Shown here piece by piece: positions 38,934 to 52,050 of a stretch of DNA of 64,000 nt (the stretch's first letter is position 1; every line of letters starts with the position of its first letter). The DNA is from Callorhinchus milii. Its lineage: Eukaryota. The stretch covers positions 50,160,001 through 50,224,000 of the forward strand of contig NW_024704742.1 in the NCBI RefSeq assembly GCF_018977255.1, written 5' to 3'. The notes below the pieces were generated by a model, which saw only the letters and a list, made by a program, of their open reading frames with translations, ran no database searches and was not told where the DNA came from. Position numbers and translations under genes: made by a program.

Positions 38934-40324
38934 TGTCAAGAAATGCTAACTAGAAAAGCAATAGACAGGTTAATTTCGTTTCAGTTCCACATTTTGGCAC
39001 TGTAAAGGCCAAAAATCAATTACAATTGCTTTCAACATTGTAGACAATTCAAAGGGAAAGAGTATGGATATGAACCTTTAAGTCAGTTGAACTTGTACTA
39101 TTTCCAAAAATGTATATTAGTATATCCTGTGAAGCACATTGAAACGTCTTGACGACCTGATAAGGTGCTTTATCAAATGCAAGCATTATTATTAGTTGTA
39201 GTTTACATCTCAAATCAAAATACAGTAAATTGCTGATAACTCGACACTTCAAGGAAAAGTGACTCAGCAACCAGTTATCCACAGTAGCTGCGACATAGGT
39301 CTTCCCGAGCCAAAAGTGTGTGCTGTGTTTGGTGTTAGAGCTCGCGGAGGTTCGGCATGCAAGCTCAGATACATTGGAGGACCATGCTCTGACCTCCCAC
39401 CATTTCCTGTCACAGGATAAGGCAGGAGGCCATGGCGCGGCCCTCCAATAGACCAGAGGACTCTGCGACGCTTCTGAGCAATCACCCAACCTCTGCCGAG
39501 CACCCACACCAGTCACAGGATCAGACGGAAGGCCTCTGTGATGCATGATGCCATCTAATAGGACTACTTATCCAATGAATTTTACATTGTAAGTACTCAA
39601 GAATTTCTAGAATGTCACTAGTTAATTGTTAATCAGAGTGACAAGTAAAGCAGAGTCCCTTATTAACATTTGCGTGAGATATTGATAGCATGGCGCCTTA
39701 AGTGACAAGTTAAGCCAGTATCTTGTTATCAGGAGTTTACTATACTTCAATAGATGAGATAATTATGCTATGTAGAGGAACCTTTAACACATGATGCAAA
39801 TAATTCCTAAAAGTAAATGGGATGAAAATGATTCCCCAAGAAAATTGCTGGAACAGCACCTGGAATACATGGGAATATTTTACCCCAGGGAGCTGTAGAG
39901 ATGGAATTCAATAGGGATGTTTAACTGAAAGATATTTGGATAGTCGGGGTATTAACGGATATGGTGAGAGAACAGAACATTGGGATTAGTGGAACATTCT
40001 CAAAGGGTTGGAAGGCCTTCCTGTTCATGTTTTCCTATGTTCATATATGCATATAGGAAACTAAAGAGGCTACATGTCTAATTGATAAATACGTATAAAC
40101 CTGGCTAGTATGTTAAAAAAGTGGTAGTGAACAACCTATATTCAGTTTATTGGGAACAAAAAGACCACATAAGGAATATTAATTCACATCAATTGGTATT
40201 ACAATTGTCTAACCTTTATCTTTATAGGAAATCAATGGCTGTGGAATGGTAATGACAAACAGTTAAAAAAAACTAATATAATACCAAAGAAATATTGAAA
40301 GACCTGGAATATTGCAATATGCTA

Positions 40325-40690
40325 TCCTATATCAAATAGTATGAAAAGCATGACATCTTTATGCTAACTACAGAAAAATGAGAAGGCAACCTTTACCAAC
40401 GAGGATGTCCAAAAGACTATTGCTGCGGTCATCCAGGCCAAATGTGAACTTGGCTACAATAAGTATCTGTGGAGTGTGGACTGGAATAATCAACTTGGAA
40501 ATTATTTTTGTAGAATTATTATATTTCCCAAGTATGTAAGGATCTAAGGCGATGCAAGCTCAGCAGAAATTGTTCTTCTACTTCACTCATGGCATGATCT
40601 TGAACAGGTACATAATGCACAACATGTGTTCCCCAAAGCAGCACAATACCAGTTCCATCTGAAGCTGACAAAGGAGCTTGCATCTTGGAG
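40325..40690 (+). mobile_element. piggyBac-like (PGBD) transposase relic
   Basis: Broken frames give IK*YEKHDIFMLTT, AKCELGYNKYLWSVDWNNQL, QKLFFYFTHGMILNRYIM and QFHLKLTKELA. These follow the piggyBac motif order W.D.R.V.MLST / YN..MGGVD..DQ / KKLFF.L....NAYI / FR..L..EL. Confidence 0.65.
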
Positions 40691-41939
40691 CCAACATGTT
40701 TGAGTCCTACAATGTCCTCACAAAGAAGATCTGCTGAAGGAAATCAACAAGTCACTAGGCTTCAGAAGAAACATATATCTAAGCTACATTATGAGAAATA
40801 AACACAAAGCTTCAGCCAACATGGTGATGTTGTACCAGGTATCCATAGTGTTGTGTTGCTGTTTATGCCTCACATTTCAATGAACTCCGGAAAATTAACA
40901 TCTGGTAACCCTTTGAATATCTGCCCAAATATACTTACATTCCATGAGTCATATCCCATGGGTATTATTAGCAAGTTAAACTAAACTAACAAGATATAAT
41001 GCGATTGACTCCTGCATTATTTTGTTCAATGTTATTTCTTTTGGTGGTACTGCAGATTTATTCTACACTACTGAGATTTAATTTGCATGCAACATACGTA
41101 TGTTGTAGCTCTGTTGTCATATTTTAAATATTTCCTTCATGTATGGATTACTCCAATAGATACTGCACTATGAAGGTGCTATAATGACAAAAGCATCTGA
41201 CCTGATGGGTAAGAAACACAGAGATGAAGACATCATAAATATATAAACACAAATAGGGTCTTATGTTTCAAAACATGCTACATTGGTCTAGATTTATTTA
41301 TTTAATTTTACATTTTGAGCATCTAGAATTTTGAAAATTCTTAAATGCAGCCTTAATTTTGAAGTTGGTTTTCCACATTATTTTAAGAATGACAGAAGAT
41401 ACAAAAGAAACAAATACGAAGATAAGACTGAATCAACAATTTGCCAAGTGCTCAAAATGGAAGCTCAAAATTCTGCATAAATAGAGTAAATCTAGATCCA
41501 TGTACATTCTTTCCCAACCAGAACATTGGATATTGATACTAAAATAACTATGGTAACAACAATATTTGTGGCCTACAACTAAGTAAGGAGGAGCAGGAAA
41601 TGATTTATGGGTGATAATTCCATGTTATCACATTGCGCTACAAATAGGAAATCAGGTTAGATTGGTATGTGCAGTACAAGCTAAAATAAATAATGACATT
41701 AGTGGACTTTGCTGGCTGGTATTATACAGAATTTATAAAGCAATACAGAAGTTTTAGAAATGATTTAATGAACAACTAGGCTGTTAAAATTTGATACTAG
41801 ACCTTTGATCATTGAGCTATCAAAAAAGTCTGCTGGAGATCTGTTTGCTTGCATTTAAAAACTTGAAGGAAAGTTGAACAATTCAAGCTTTTAAAAACTT
41901 AACAATATGAATAAAGAGATTTTTTTTTCAGAAACACAA

Positions 41940-42300
41940 GAACCATAGCAATCATGACAGAATAAGAAGAGGCTATGCTGCTTTGTCTAACCCGTGCTGG
42001 TGCTAAATCCTTCACTCTAAGCCTAATTCCCTGCTTTTTACCCATACCCTTTTACATTGTTCCCTTTTAAATGTTGATCTAATTCTCTGTTAAATACTGT
42101 GACTTTAGTTTCAATCGCTACTTGCTGCAAAGCATTCCATGTTCTAAAAATCCTCTACATGAAAACATTCCTTTCAATTTTTCCTTAATAACAGCAGTGA
42201 TTTCCTGATTTTCTATGTCCCTTGCTATTGATTCCCCAAATACCAGGTATAATCTTTCACTGTCTATCCTTTAGGGCTTTCAAAATTTCAAAGACTTCTA
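41940..42300 (-). mobile_element. Old CR1 3' fragment
   Basis: aaagcattccatgttcta..ccctct and cccataccc motifs are typical of the CR1 3' end read in reverse. Confidence 0.5.
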
Positions 42301-43469
42301 TCTAAAAATAAGACAATCTACTTAAGAAACAAAATCTCCCTAATATCCCAAATGAACTTTCTATTGATGATCTTGCACTGCTTGCTCTTTGAGTGTTGCT
42401 TCAGCACAAAAATGACAATGGATCTCTTCAAAAAAACGGATAAATCAGGTTTGAACCACAAGGTTCGAAAAGAACCAGATAGTCAAGATAAGCTGGTTTT
42501 GTCGGGACTTCAATTCATACCACTTGGAAGTCAAAAGCCCATATTTAATGTTAATACAGCGCCAGTTTAAGTTGTGTTTCTGTAAGATTCTTCTTACTCC
42601 TTGGCTGCAACTACGAGTAATTGCAAGCAGAGAAGTATAAACCAGGCTTCCCACTCTCAATCGTTCAACAGCAAGAAGTGATAATGTACTGCTTTCAGTG
42701 CTACAAACTGGACATTATTATTACTTCCAATTTGAATGCAAACTTACAACACTGCAGAATAAAACAGGAGCATTATGACAATATGCATAAGGGATGAAAT
42801 AAATAGTGAAATAAAGTGATGGAGGGTTGCTGCAAAATATTACTGGACTGGCATATAAACTATAGATCTATCCAATGTGAAAGGCGTTATACAAATGTAA
42901 TTTTGTTGTTGCTGTAAACACAGCAATTAGATTTATTTTTGCGCAAATGAATACATGTATCTAATAAGACAGAGCAAATCATGCTTGGGTCAGGCATGAA
43001 AAGGTTTTGTTTAATTTGTGTATTAATTACAGTTTAATTGCCGTTATGTGAGGTGCTTTGACCCGGGAGATTTATAATGGTAATCAGGTTCTATTATGAG
43101 TTAAAATAACACTGGGGTAAACTAGCAAAATGAGTGACAAAAAAATTGTGCTACAACATAATGATGCAGAATAATAAAAATGTTTCACTTTAATGATAAT
43201 AACTGAGAAAAGCAAATTGATTATCCCACATCCTTGAAGAAATTTGGTATAAAAACATCAAAACTAAACAAATCAAAGAACAAAAAAATGCAAAGAATTT
43301 GGGCATATGTGAAAACACTAACATGCTCCATGTGTAGAAGTCTGAGAGTAGCCTTGTATACTAACACAACAGAACTACCATTTGGTGCTACTGCAGTGAA
43401 TGTGCAGAAATAGCAAAATCTATAGAATTCACTAGTAATATGCAAGAGCCAGAGACTATATGACCCATC

Positions 43470-45420
43470 GATCTCTGCACTATATTATTAGATCATGGCA
43501 AATATTGTATATCTTTATAATTCTATTCTACTCCTTTTCTCCATATCTGTTAATACCCTTACATCCCAATTACTTACCCATCTCCCTCTTAAACACCTCA
43601 ATTAATTCTGCATCTATGGTCTCAGGCTGGTCATCCTAGGTTCCAGATAACTAACCAATCTTAACATTTAAGATAATATCCCCTTGTTCTGGATTCCCCA
43701 CTAGAGGGAAGACTTGTTCTCTATCTAACTGATCAATTCCCATTATTATGTTAAACGTCTCAAATCACCTCTTAAGCTCCTCAACTCAACTGGAATTATA
43801 ACCCAAATTTATCTAATCTCTAATCACAGCTAAATGCATTCATTCGGGCATCAATTCAGCGAATCTTGGTGAATAGTGGATGGACTTCCTGCAAACCTAC
43901 TATGTCCTCTCTATGTGTGACACTCAAAATGTAGCCCAATATTCCAAATATGGTTAGTCTGCCACTCTACAGTTACTTGCCTGCTTTTATATTATAGATT
44001 TGTCAGGATCAATCCAGGCATCTATTAACATTTCTGATTGTTTTCTGCACTAAAAACTAACATCTGTATGGGGAACCCTAAATCTAGAACTCTCTCCCCC
44101 ACTGTTTGCCCATTTCAAAAATATAGCTATTTGCCATTCTTAAATCCAAAGTGGACTGCCTCACACTTTGCTCATTGAAGTCAATCTGTTGGAAAAGATC
44201 AGTCCCAGCAGGCAGCACATGCATGCTTGGCACAGGTAGTCTTGCTGACATTATTTTGTCAAGGAAGTGACATGAGAAAAACTTTATTCCAATAGCATGC
44301 TTGAGCACAATATGTGGCAACTAACGTCAGAGGCGTCCGTTACTTTTTCTCACTTTACTTTTACACAACTACAGAGATATTGGACACAGAAGATCCAGCG
44401 TTGTCCTGTACACCCTTTTCCAATATTCTGTTTCCTTCACAATTCACTACAGCTCTTAGCTTGATATCATTTACAAACTTGGATACACTTATGAATCTCT
44501 TATGCATAATCTTATCAAATACTCTCTCAACATCCATATATATTACATACAATGATCCGCCTCTGACTACCACTTCAATGGGTTCTGTCAAAGAACTCCA
44601 TTTGGTTTGTCAGAATTTCTAAACACACCAATTCTATCTAGTCAGTGTACACTTATCCAAGTGCTTAGTTATTCTGGTATAAACACAGAAGTTGCTGGGA
44701 ACACCAGAAGGTCAGATAGCATCCATGGAGTGTGGAAAATTAGTTAACGTTTCAGGTTAATGACCTGTTGTCAGATGCCCTTTCGGACAGTTCTGCCGAA
44801 TGTCATTGACTTGAAACGTTAATTCATTTTCGTCTCTCCATGGATGCTGCCTAACAGGCTACGTGTTTTCAACGTTTGTGTTTATACCAGATTTCCAGCA
44901 TCTGCAGTACTTTGCCTTTTGCTTAGTTATTCTCTCTGGTGATGGATTATAGTGTTTTTTCTACATCTGATGTTAAATTTTAATAACTCTGGTACTTGCT
45001 TCTTTAATATTCACGTGATGTTTGCTACTTTTAAATGATCTCGTATTTTCCCAGAATCTATGAAGGTTTGTAAGACAATAACTGCTGTATCATCAGTTTT
45101 TTCATTTATTTAACACTCTTGGGTGGAAATCATCTGGGCTGATCATTTGTCTCGCTGCAGTCCCATTAAGGTATCCATTTTAATTATTTTATTTATGCTA
45201 ATTCCCGTAAATTGTTTTTCTCCTTCAATAATCGTTAATCTTTCCTGTGCTTTGGTACAGTACCTTCCTTTTCCAATGTGAAGACCAGAGCAAAATATTC
45301 ATTTACCATGTCTGCCATATCTTTATCCTCTGTTATTGTCACACACAAATCTGTTTTTAATGGACCCAGCCCCTCCTTCACTATCTATTTCTTGATATAC
45401 TTAAAATAACACTTCATCCG
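43470..45420 (-). mobile_element. Decayed CR1 LINE, about 2 kb, with internal deletions and insertions
   Basis: VIYMDVERVFDKIMHKR and SKFVNDIKL correspond to CR1 YxDFxKAFDKVPH and SKFADDTKL. A KS.GPD.FHPRVL-like segment lies near 45115-45145. Confidence 0.75.
44676..44919. mobile_element. Palindromic Penelope-like (pLTR-derived) non-autonomous element with a 14-bp TSD
   Basis: Inverted arms span 44674-44890 (CTGGTATAAACAC..GTGTTTATACCAG). TGCTTAGTTATTCT is duplicated at 44662-44675 and 44920-44933. Each arm has a hammerhead-like core. Confidence 0.8.
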
Positions 45421-46024
45421 AACATAGAAACTCAGACAATGTTTCCAACCAAGGAACTACAGAAAGAAACCAAGGAGAACGGTGTCCAATCCACATACTT
45501 ACATCTCTCTGCCTACACATATAAAGTACCTCTCCAGACCCAAGCTCTACCTTTTCCAACCTCTCTTCTTTGTTTTTTTATTTCACTCTTTCATTCTTTT
45601 CATGTGAATTCTCATTTTTTGATTTTGTAGATTTAATTTTACTTCCTTGAAAATACAAATATAAATGTAATGTATTCCTGGCCAATAGACCTGCCATGTC
45701 TAAATTCACACCACAAAATTCGGAGAAATTGGCTGTTCCACTCGTCTCACTGTTGTTCACAGGACTTTGCTAGTTGCAGATCCGCTGCTGATTTTGTCGA
45801 TATAACAATATTTACTACAATGCAGATTAACTCTTTTTTGAAAAGCACTTTGAGATTTTATTTGACAAGGTAAAACACTATATTTAAATGCAAACATTAG
45901 TAATAATTCTTATTTACTATTTCTCTTGGTACAATTTGCAAGTGGTACAGATGTAGAATGTGCTTACTTTACAGTGGTGGCATGACATTAAGATGGCTCC
46001 ATCATAGTGTTATATTTGGGACTG

Positions 46025-46335
46025 TATGTCAGGCTGACTCAGTTGGCAAGATTCACAACTCTGAGTCAGAAGGTTGTGGATTCAAGTCCATGTCGAGACT
46101 TTGAACTCACAATCCATGTTGACACTCCAATGCAGTGCTGGGGATGCAACACATTGTTGTTGGTGCAGTGTTTTGGTTGAGACATATGCCTGTTCAGGTG
46201 GACTTCAAAGATCCCTTGGCACTATTCAAAAGAGAATGGAGTTTGTCCAACAATCCTCAAATAAATCCTGTGAATTCTAAACACTCCGAGACACTACCTG
46301 CCTGAAGGACGCTATATAAATGCAAGTTACTGTTG
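46025..46335 (+). mobile_element. Deu-core SINE
   Basis: ctctgagtcagaaggttgtgg.ttcaagtcc..ttcaggtggac..aaagatccc.tggcactatt. Confidence 0.78.
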
Positions 46336-46425
46336 TTGAATCTTTTGATATATTTCAACAGCATGAAAAGGTATTGTATCAAATGCAAGAATTATAATTA
46401 TGATAATACCACAATGTCAGAGCAG

Positions 46426-46775
46426 TAATAATAATAATAATCCTCACATTTTATATAGCACCATCAATTCTTCGAGAAGTCTCGAAATGCTTCACAGAAT
46501 ATACCGTAAAGTGAATTGACTGTATATTTTGTGGGCAAAATGCGGCAGCCAATTGCGCACAGCAATGACCCACAAACAATCGTGGATTGAAGTGACCATT
46601 TTTTTTTAAAAAGGAATTATTACCCCCGGAAAAGCGATCCACCAATCGACTAACAACCAGATGCCTACTTACTGCTGGGTAAATAGAGGCATGTGGAGTA
46701 AGGAAACTTGCCCAACATTTCATCCTCCCGGGAATCGCTTGCAAAGCGAGTGCTCTAACCACTAAGCTACAGGAT
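46426..46775 (-). mobile_element. tRNA-derived SINE
   Basis: Near-complete copy of the 733-1065 family in reverse. Confidence 0.9.
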
Positions 46776-46957
46776 CTACCGTACATTAATACCGTAGTCT
46801 ATTTTAGTACTAGTGCATTGCGTAACAGAATCATAATTCATAATAAGTCATAGAATCCTAGAATGTTTCACACAGAAGAAAGCCTATCGACCCATGTTCT
46901 GTACCACCTTTCTCCTGGAGCTATCTGTTCTAATTATGTTTCAGCCGATCATGGTAA

Positions 46958-47762
46958 TGTGCACTTGTGTTCCGATATGCTACCCTGCGTGAAGGGTGCT
47001 ATATAAATGCAAATTGTTGTTGTCCGGAATATCGCCAGATTACGGCACTACCTCACCCCTCACGCCGCTGAAACCCTGGTTCACGCCTTTGTCACCTCAA
47101 GGCTGGACTATGGGAACTCTCTCCTCGCCGGCCTTCCCGCCACCTCCCTCCACAAGCTGCAGGTCATTCAGAACTCTGCAGCTCGTGTACTGTCCCGCAC
47201 CAGGCTTCGCGACCACATCACTCCCACCCTCGCTCGCCTCCACTGGCTCCCCATCCCCCAGAGGATTGATTTCAAGATCCTCATCCTCACCTACAAGGCC
47301 ATTCACGGCCTTGCTCCCTCCTACCTCTCCAACCTACTATCCCCCTACCTACCTGCCCGTACCCTCCGTTCCTCTGGCTCCGGTCTGCTCCACGTCCCCC
47401 GCCCCAACCGCCCTACCATCGGTGGTCGGGCCTTCAGCCTCTCAGCCCCCAGGCTCTGGAACTCCATCCCCCAGTGCCTTCGCCTTGCTTCCTCCCTTTC
47501 CTCCTTCAAGGCCGGTCTCAAAACCTTTCTCTTTGACCGTGCCTTCAGCTCCCCTCTCGACTCTCTTCCTCCTCCTCGCTCCCTCCCTTCCCTCCCCTCA
47601 CCCTGACCATTTCCCCCCTCCTCTCTCCCTCCCTTCCCTCCCCTCACCCTGACCATTTCCCCCCTGCTCGGGTCATGACCCAACTGTGCAGCGCCTTGGG
47701 ACGTCCTCCTGACGTGAAAGGCGCTCTATAAATGGAATCTTGTTGTTGTTGTTGTTGTTGTG
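46958..47762 (+). mobile_element. Composite L2 insertion: 65-nt L2 tail plus a young L2 3' fragment (47023-47762), inside one 9-bp TSD
   Basis: Uninterrupted frame RNIARLRHYLT...LKTFLFDRAF, a tandem duplication in the 3' UTR and a (GTT)n tail. TCATGGTAA occurs at 46949-46957 and 47763-47771. Confidence 0.92.
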
Positions 47763-50700
47763 TCATGGTAAATTGACATTAAATAGTGCATATAATTACA
47801 TCAGAATAGTATTGTGGAGAGGGGCCATCTTAGCAACACGGTCCAAAGGGTAGTGAAATAATATTGTCCTTATGTAGAGCATAGTAGTGCAGTTATCTTT
47901 CAGTGCACACCATCTGTGTGATGGTGATCACTACTCTGTTCTACTACTAGATTGGTTGTATGGATTCATTACCTTGGACAATAGCCAATTCCATCCATAA
48001 AGCAGGAAATGTAATACACTTAGGCCATGGGATGGGCAGGGGAGGTGAAAGGGAAGTCTTCTAACCACCCCATGATTGTCATAAAGTTTGATGAACTGGT
48101 AGAATGTGGTGTAACTGCACCTAACCACATATCTGGAGTATTTTCTTTGGACTCCAATAATGAAGTGAACTCTGAGTAGCAGGCAACAAATTGTAGTTAC
48201 ACACATGGGTGTGAGGTATCTAGGTTTGTATGCGCTCCGGGACACTACCCCATGTGAAGGGTGCAATATTAATGTTGCATTTTTTCCTTACTTTGACAGC
48301 ACAAGGTGGAGAGATCTGATTCAGATAAGTACAGGAATAGAAAAAACACACACACATACACGTACATACGTACCCACTGATTCAGAAAGACAGAGAGCAA
48401 GGTACACACACCTGATATCCACCTGTTTGCATATTCACAATGGGCTAGTAGTATAAGTATTGCGTTCTCTACTATAATTGCAAAATTCTGTTTCTATTTG
48501 TGTTTGGGATTATTTGTGATTATACATCAAAATGTATAAGTTTACCTAACTTTTTTAAATAATTATTTTATAATATTATGTTACAGGATCAGCACAGTAT
48601 GTTATCTATTACAGCATTTATATTATGAACAAAGAAAGCTGCCAGAAGTCAACGGCATACAACTGAGAGACTGCTGGCAGTTACATTTCACTCCTTCCTC
48701 TACCCTCTGTAAAAATGGCTGATGAAACTTTATAGACATGAAGTATTACATTAACAGAAAGCAATTACCACCAGTGACCTATGCATAGTGTGGCATGCAG
48801 ATAAAATATTATCATATTTATTGAAATGTATGATATACCACGAGTCCAGATGATGCAATGAGCACTGACAATGGTCGTTACCACTGCTCATCACTTCTGA
48901 AGAACTAATTATGAATCTGTTCCAAAGACAGTGATTGAATACCTTACTTAAAATTAAAGACTCTCCACACTCCCAAGTGAACTGTGCTTGATATATCCAC
49001 TTTAGTTCCCAGGGAGCACAGTAGACACCTGTATAGAAATGCTAGGGGTTCTTTCAATCTAATTTGTAGACATGAAAGAATTCTTTCTTTCTACTGAGCA
49101 ATTTTAAGTTTGATCAGAAACCAGAACAGCATTTGGATGCTGTAAGATCGACCACTGCTCCAAAACCTTTCACCTCTGGTTCATCATACTATTTTAAGAC
49201 ACGGTAGTTCCCAAAAATAATTATTAATAAAATACAGAAGAGCAGTAGATTCCACTTGTTATTCTGTGTGTGTGCTTTTACAATCTCACAGGGTAATCCA
49301 CAGTAGGAACAAATTTACAGCTACAAATATGGTGCAAATAGAAAACAAAAACAAAATAATGAAGTTGACTATTTTAAGGTAATCACTGAGCAGCCAATTG
49401 AAAAACATTGTAATTTCAATTCTACATCAACGCTTAGTGTTCCTAGCGGTGGCACCTTGAGTCAGTGTTTAATACATCAGCAAACTCATTGCAGATTGCC
49501 CAAAAAGCTACCAAAATAGACCCTAAAAAATTTAATCTTAGCATACTTTAACACAAAAGAGACAGTTAGAATATTTTTAACAAATAACTGCTGTTCCCAT
49601 AATCTTACAGCAGTGAAGAAAATGAGTTGCAGCTTTCTGCTGCTTTCTACACACATTGGTAATTACTTCACTGGTTTAGGGTTACAACTCAGCCCTGAAG
49701 TGTACATTAAATCACATGTCTGGTACTTTTAATGTTTATGCCATTTAAAGAGATGACTGCAATTGTAGTTTCAGCTGAGTTAAAACTTAGATGATATCCT
49801 TTTAATACAATCCTGGCTTTTTATAAGAACAATACAATTTTGCCGCAATTTCTAAAAGAAGTAACTCTGGATAAAACCGTAAAAAACAAGCTAACACTGA
49901 TCACGTTACGATCATTTCTCAGTTTCCAATAAAAGTATTTAGGAAAACAAGTGTTTATTGTAACTCTTTTAAATAGGTCTAAATTTTTTTTAACGTGATA
50001 ATTTAAAAAATGACGATACAGTTTAAAAAGGACTTGTCATTTTAACAGCTAGATTATGAATCTCACCTTCATTTTTTCATGACAAATATTCAATCTAGTC
50101 ATCACTAGAAATATTTTTTATATGTTATAACAACAGACTCATAATTTTCCATTTAATATATATTTTTCTTGTTGTTAGTTGCCTCAGGAATGTTATTGAA
50201 TTTTATGCTTTGCCCAAATAAATATAAACACAATTACAAATGACTGTAAAATGCTCGATAATTAGCAATGACCAATGCTTGCTAATTTGCAAATTTCATC
50301 CATAAAGTCTTCTTCTGTTAAGAATTTTAGCAAAACCTTAACCTTCTTAAGTGTTAGGAAATGCTACATGTTTAAAAAGACAGATAATGTTAAAAGGGAA
50401 ATTAGGAGCAATTTAATTCAGCAGGCAAGCAACCAAAAAGGATGCCCTCACTTTAAATGGCACTTCCAGTGGATGTTTCATCCTTCATTTGGTTTAATGT
50501 ATTGAAGAATTAATCACTCCAGATAATTACATTTGCATTGACTAGCAAGTTGAATCAATGCAGACCTGCGCAAAGGTAAAATGCAGACTTAGCTATTTCA
50601 ACCCGATATAAAATCTAAGCCACGTTTAATTAGCAATTAAATGCACAAGTGTAATAGGCAATAAGGTTGGTATCTGTCAATATCACCAAAAGCTAAACCA

Positions 50701-51589
50701 AAGCAAATTAATTAAAAATATCGTTTAGATTTCACTGAGTTTTTTTCTAAACCAGCTTTTGTTGTTTTGCTATTAATTGAAAGACAGAGCATACATTAAA
50801 TGCAGGACATAGTAGGTTTACAGCAATCTAAAATGTTAAACCTTCGATGTCAGCCAATTGAAAATTGAAAATAAAAGGCATCTCCGAATGTTCATGGCCC
50901 CTTTGAAGTCAAAGCCTCAGAGTAGAGAAGATCCCAGAGCAAACTGCTGATACACTGAATTTCAGCTTCTTGTAAATGAGATGATTTATTTAACCCTTTA
51001 AAGGGAATTCAGAACAAGGAACAAACAGGGTGTCCAACAAATGTCAATAGCTATCTCATTCATCACTGCATATCAAGTTATTATGCATTGACTTCCTTAC
51101 TGTTTGTGGGACATTCCTGTGTGCACATTCGTTGCCGTGTTCACCTTCAAATACACAGTCACAACACTTTCAATAAATCCTGTGAAGTGCTTTGAGGATT
51201 TAAACAATGTAATAAGGCTCTATATCAAATGCAAGGATTACTATCATTGTTTCTGCATTTAGTATACTGTGTGTAAATAAACAAACAAATCAAATCCAAA
51301 GTGAAAGTAAAACCTGAATCGAAAAAAAAACGTCCTCATGGCCTTGAAATGCATCTTTGTAGCTGGGAAGCAAAATATTTATTTTCTATATAAAATGTGA
51401 GTTTTCTGCATTAAAATAGCATTGACATTGTACTGTTTTTAGATTGACAGGCTGTGGAGGTTCAGAAGACAAAATGGACAGAAATATTTTGTATTGTTAC
51501 ATGATTATGAATTTAGAAAGGAATATGGAAGAGAGAAATGTTTTTAATCTAAAAAAAATTCTATGTAGAAAATAATCTTAATCAAATTG

Positions 51590-52050
51590 TTTTATTTGGT
51601 TTGCTGATATCTGCAGAAACCCATTACTGTGCTTAAGAGTATCCAAACCAAACAGTTCCATGCATCCCATCTTTACATAGAAATTCCCGAGAGATTTATT
51701 GGAACAGAACGCACACTCTCCCCGGAGGGACGCATACTCCTTATCTAATCCTGGAATGTATTAGGTGTATTAGGTGCAGGCTAGCAAGTGCCAAGGATAA
51801 AAGATCCCAGAGTTTGCACTGGGGTACTGCTGAAGTCTAACCAACTAAAAATGATTGCTTGCCATTGAGATCACTGCTTGGCAAGTTTTCTCATTGAAGG
51901 TCCAGCTACGACCACCCAAATTATTAGGACTTGGCTTGCAGGATTGACAGGAACTGAGTGGGAAGAATCCCAGTGACTGGTCTGCCCTTCTGGGGTCTGC
52001 TGCAGAGCCAGGCTGGCTGGGCTGTCATCAGCAGTATCCTAGTAGCTATA
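51590..52050 (-). repeat. Family X repeat, reverse orientation
   Basis: The reverse complement contains ctgctgatgacagcccagccagcctggct, cagcagtacccc, ggggagagtgtgcg and gggatgcatgga, as in the 38.4-38.9 kb copy. Confidence 0.8.

Noticed and set aside
46996..47683. 199-218 aa ORFs (also 15853-16521 and 4046-4540) as host genes
   Set aside because: They are 5'-truncated L2 ORF2 fragments or their alternative frames.
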